The notes below the pieces were generated by a model, which searched no databases, was not told the origin of the DNA, and was given only the letters and a program-made list of their open reading frames with translations. This document shows, one piece after another, positions 61,809-64,000 of a stretch of 64,000 nt of DNA. This DNA is from Amphiscolops sp. MND2022 (taxonomy: Eukaryota): positions 40,302,001 to 40,366,000 of the forward strand of contig OZ076409.1 in NCBI GenBank assembly GCA_964187785.1, written 5' to 3'. A program made the translations under genes and the position numbers. Each line of letters opens with the position of its first letter. Position 1 is the first letter of the stretch.

Positions 61809-62129
61809 CTCCAATGGATTTGGGAGGCACAATCGCTATCGACACTTCCAATACAAACGACGAAACTTCAGTAAAATTTGATGGGTTGATAGTTTCTGCC
61901 GGAAGAGCAAACGTTCAAGTTGCAGCTACATCAACAACGAATGGTTGTACTAATAAAGACACTGATGTTGACACAGCTGTCAGTTTATCCAACACGGCTT
62001 CTTCTATCACAGTGACCGGTTTGACATCCGGTTGTCCTTACTCCTTCACTTTGAAAGCAGCTTGCGAGGAATCAGATGGCACCTCAGTTGTAGTGTCGAG
62101 TGCTGCACATAATGAGGAACATTGCACAA
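61809..62129 (+). CDS. FN3-like repeat exon, copy 7
   Basis: TTTAG acceptor, GTTAGT donor, 321 nt, open frame. Confidence 0.85.
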
Positions 62130-63142
62130 GTTAGTTGATTTATATGGAATGACTTTTTAGTGTTATTGAACTAACAATAGAATAACTCTTTAAGTGAAGA
62201 TCGTTGGTTGGATCGTAAAGTGTTTGAAATATTTAGAGCAATAAGTGTAAGTTTTTTGGATCCAATATTTTTTAGAAAGTTCTGATGAAAAGGAGATTTT
62301 TGGGAAAGGCTAGTTAGATCCAATGTGGAAACAATTGTTTTGTTCGTACTTTTGCATCGCTTTTAAAATGGCTGTTACTGTTTTTCCCCTGAATTCCATG
62401 CAAAAACATTGAATGGAAAGTGTAGTGTGTAATTTCAGTGGAATTATCTTTGACCAACATCTGGCGAAAACTTTTTGACGGAAAACATGTTTATACAAAT
62501 TTTGACAGCAGTCAATGTTTATGTTTGGTCCAATCAAACTCGAAGTAGCGATGTAAACCTTAGACTCTTTTAATTGCCGGTTCCTGTTTTTTTAAATACG
62601 TTTTGACATGAAACTGTATGAACAGACAACAGACACAACCGACTTGTGAATACCATCAAAAAGCACTTTTTTGAAAAAGAACTTTTTTATTTGCAAGTTG
62701 AAGACACAATGAGCGCACGATCTTCACTTCCACTTGGTAACTTGTCCAAACACTGGTCACTTCTTGAGGTGTAGCTGTCATGGAAGTCAGAACATTGAGT
62801 AGTTTCTTTTAATGATGTCGTGTAACGGCCTAACTGATGAAACGTCGAACAGTAGAGTGGAGTTAAAATTTGTACACCTAACTAATTCCCAATCAAAACG
62901 TGATGATATATCCTCTTTTTGCAGATCTGATTAGTTCCTTATGAGGAACATAAAACTGTTTGGAGTTGACCTGAAAGGTGCGAGAAGTACCAACGAAGCA
63001 GCTTATGTTACATTAAATTGTCAAATAGGCTGTCTCCTGGTTAAAGTCGCTGTTGATTGAGGTGCAAGCCCCAGCTTAGAAATAAAGATTGTGTGAAAGT
63101 TTCGCATCCTTGTTTTGAAGATTGATTGTGTTATTTTTCTAG

Positions 63143-63463
63143 CTCCAATGGATTTGGGAGGCACGATCACAATCGACACTTCGAATACAAACGACGAAAC
63201 TTCAGTAAAGTTTGATGGGTTGATAGTTTCTGCCGGAAGAGCAAACGTTCAAGTCGCAGCTACGTCTACAACGAGCGGTTGTACTAATAAAGACACTGAT
63301 GTTGACACAGCTGTCAGTTTATCCAACACAGCTTCTTCTATCACAGTGACCGGCTTGACATCCGGTTGTCCTTACTCCTTCACTTTGAAAGCAGCTTGCG
63401 AGGAATCAGATGGCACCTCAGTTGTAGTGTCGAGTGCTGCACATAATGAGGAACATTGCACAA
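63143..63463 (+). CDS. FN3-like repeat exon, copy 8
   Basis: TCTAG acceptor, GTTAGT donor, 321 nt, protein identical to copy 6. Confidence 0.85.
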
Positions 63464-64000
63464 GTTAGTTGATTTATATGGAATGGATTTTTGATAGTGC
63501 TCTTGAACTAACAATAGAATAACTCTTTAAGTGAAGATCGTTTGTTGGATCGTAAAGTGTTTGCCATATTTAGAGCAATAAGTGTAATTTTTTTGGATCC
63601 AAAATTTTCTAGAAAGTTCTGATGAAAAAGAGATTTTTGGGAAAGGCTAGTTAGATCCAATGTGGAGATAATTATTTTGTTCGTACTTTTTCATCGCTTT
63701 TAAAATGGTTGTCACTGTTTTCCCCTGAAGTCCATGCAAAAACTCTGAATGGAAAGTGTGTAACTTCAGTGGAAATATCTTTGTCTAACTTCTGGCGAAA
63801 ACCTTTTGATGGAAAACCTGTTTATACAAAGTTTTGACTGCAGTCAAGGTTTGTGTTTGGTCCATTCAAACATGAAGTAGCCATGTAAATCTTAGACTCT
63901 TAAAACTGTCAAATTCTGTTTTTTCATTACGTTTTGACATGAAACTGTATCAACAGACAACGGACACAACTGACTAGTGAATCACTCTGGAAAGCATTGT

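Larger units (their letters stand above)
53430..64000 (+). repeat. Tandem array of ~1.34-kb exon+intron units (8 complete exons, continues past window)
   Basis: Exon starts spaced 1340, 1354, 1340, 1337, 1339, 1340, 1334 bp; introns alignable to each other. Confidence 0.96.

Noticed and set aside
53764..63468. Eight standalone small genes (MDLGGT... ORFs)
   Set aside because: ORF stops lie within the GTTAGT splice donor and upstream extensions are intronic TTG starts; they are internal exons.

Overview
AT-rich, repeat-dense animal genomic DNA (eukaryote, invertebrate-like); no rRNA, true tRNA or CRISPR is evident. A plus-strand host gene starts with a signal-peptide exon at 14784 and continues through phase-1 exons that each encode one cysteine-containing fibronectin type III (FN3)-like domain. 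From 53.4 kb to the window end, eight near-identical ~1.34 kb exon+intron units are tandemly amplified. The gene's 27.6 kb fourth intron carries a young (LTRs ~99% identical), 19.7 kb antisense Ty3/gypsy retrotransposon. It reconstructs to a single ~3270-aa gag-pol reading frame with a duplicated protease, two TARG1/OARD1-like macrodomains fused to the integrase tail, and a separate ~1500-aa accessory ORF with an SGNH-hydrolase-like domain in the position where env would sit. The same intron holds a Tc1 (DD34E) transposon inserted in a ~180-bp satellite. The first 12 kb contain an RT-deleted Mag-like LTR element, LTRs that carry their own gag start, and Helentron/HINE-like repeats. Earlier introns contain CACTA/EnSpm-type MITEs and a CR1 LINE remnant. 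All domain calls are by eye from motifs; no search was run.
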